A stretch of DNA of 64,000 nt from Terriglobia bacterium (GTDB lineage: Bacteria; Acidobacteriota; Polarisedimenticolia; Polarisedimenticolales; JAIQFR01). The DNA lies in NCBI GenBank assembly GCA_963790465.1, contig CAWBOP010000029.1, forward strand, positions 10,503 through 74,502. Reading direction: 5' to 3'. Below, in pieces: positions 63,995 through 64,000 of this stretch. The translations under genes and the position numbers were made by a program. How positions within the stretch are numbered: the first letter of the stretch is position 1; every line of letters starts with the position of its first letter. Under the pieces are notes generated by a model that saw only the letters and a program-made list of their open reading frames with translations, was not told where the DNA came from and searched no databases.

Positions 63995-64000
63995 GCATCC

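Overview
High-GC bacterial window, probably Acidobacteriota-like (inferred from protein style, not verified). From left to right: an M16 peptidase pair; an ABC-2/HlyD/TolC efflux operon with three single-base frameshifts; a patch of small genes and gene relics; a histidine kinase / REC-GspE-PilB ATPase / HDOD operon; a phospholipase D; a ~12 kb anaerobic redox cluster; a hemerythrin and a divergent GlnE-like protein; a second, convergent 2-oxoacid:ferredoxin oxidoreductase (OFOR) operon; a BldC-like HTH-REC regulator; PilT, two lipoproteins and a 3.19 kb tandem duplication of a secreted beta-helix/TSP3 protein; then housekeeping genes (rlmH, rsfS, nadD, obgE, rpmA, rplU, mglAB, recR, ybaB, dnaX, SRP RNA, two tRNA-Ser). 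The redox cluster encodes a four-subunit OFOR followed directly by HdrA-like, MvhD, HdrD-like, HdrA-MvhD, Zn-ribbon and HdrC-HdrB genes. Strongest signal: both HdrA-like genes are split in the ORF track by an in-frame UGA at the DCSI-x Cys position. Each UGA is followed 19 nt later by an 8-bp hairpin with a GGUC loop, and the two hairpins differ by a compensatory base pair, so these read as selenoproteins with bacterial SECIS elements inside an OFOR-linked Hdr cluster. Other signals: a dnaX A9 slippage site, a MITE-like repeat, twin hairpins with complementary loops, a 9-bp-period operator and a likely CTG start for rsfS.
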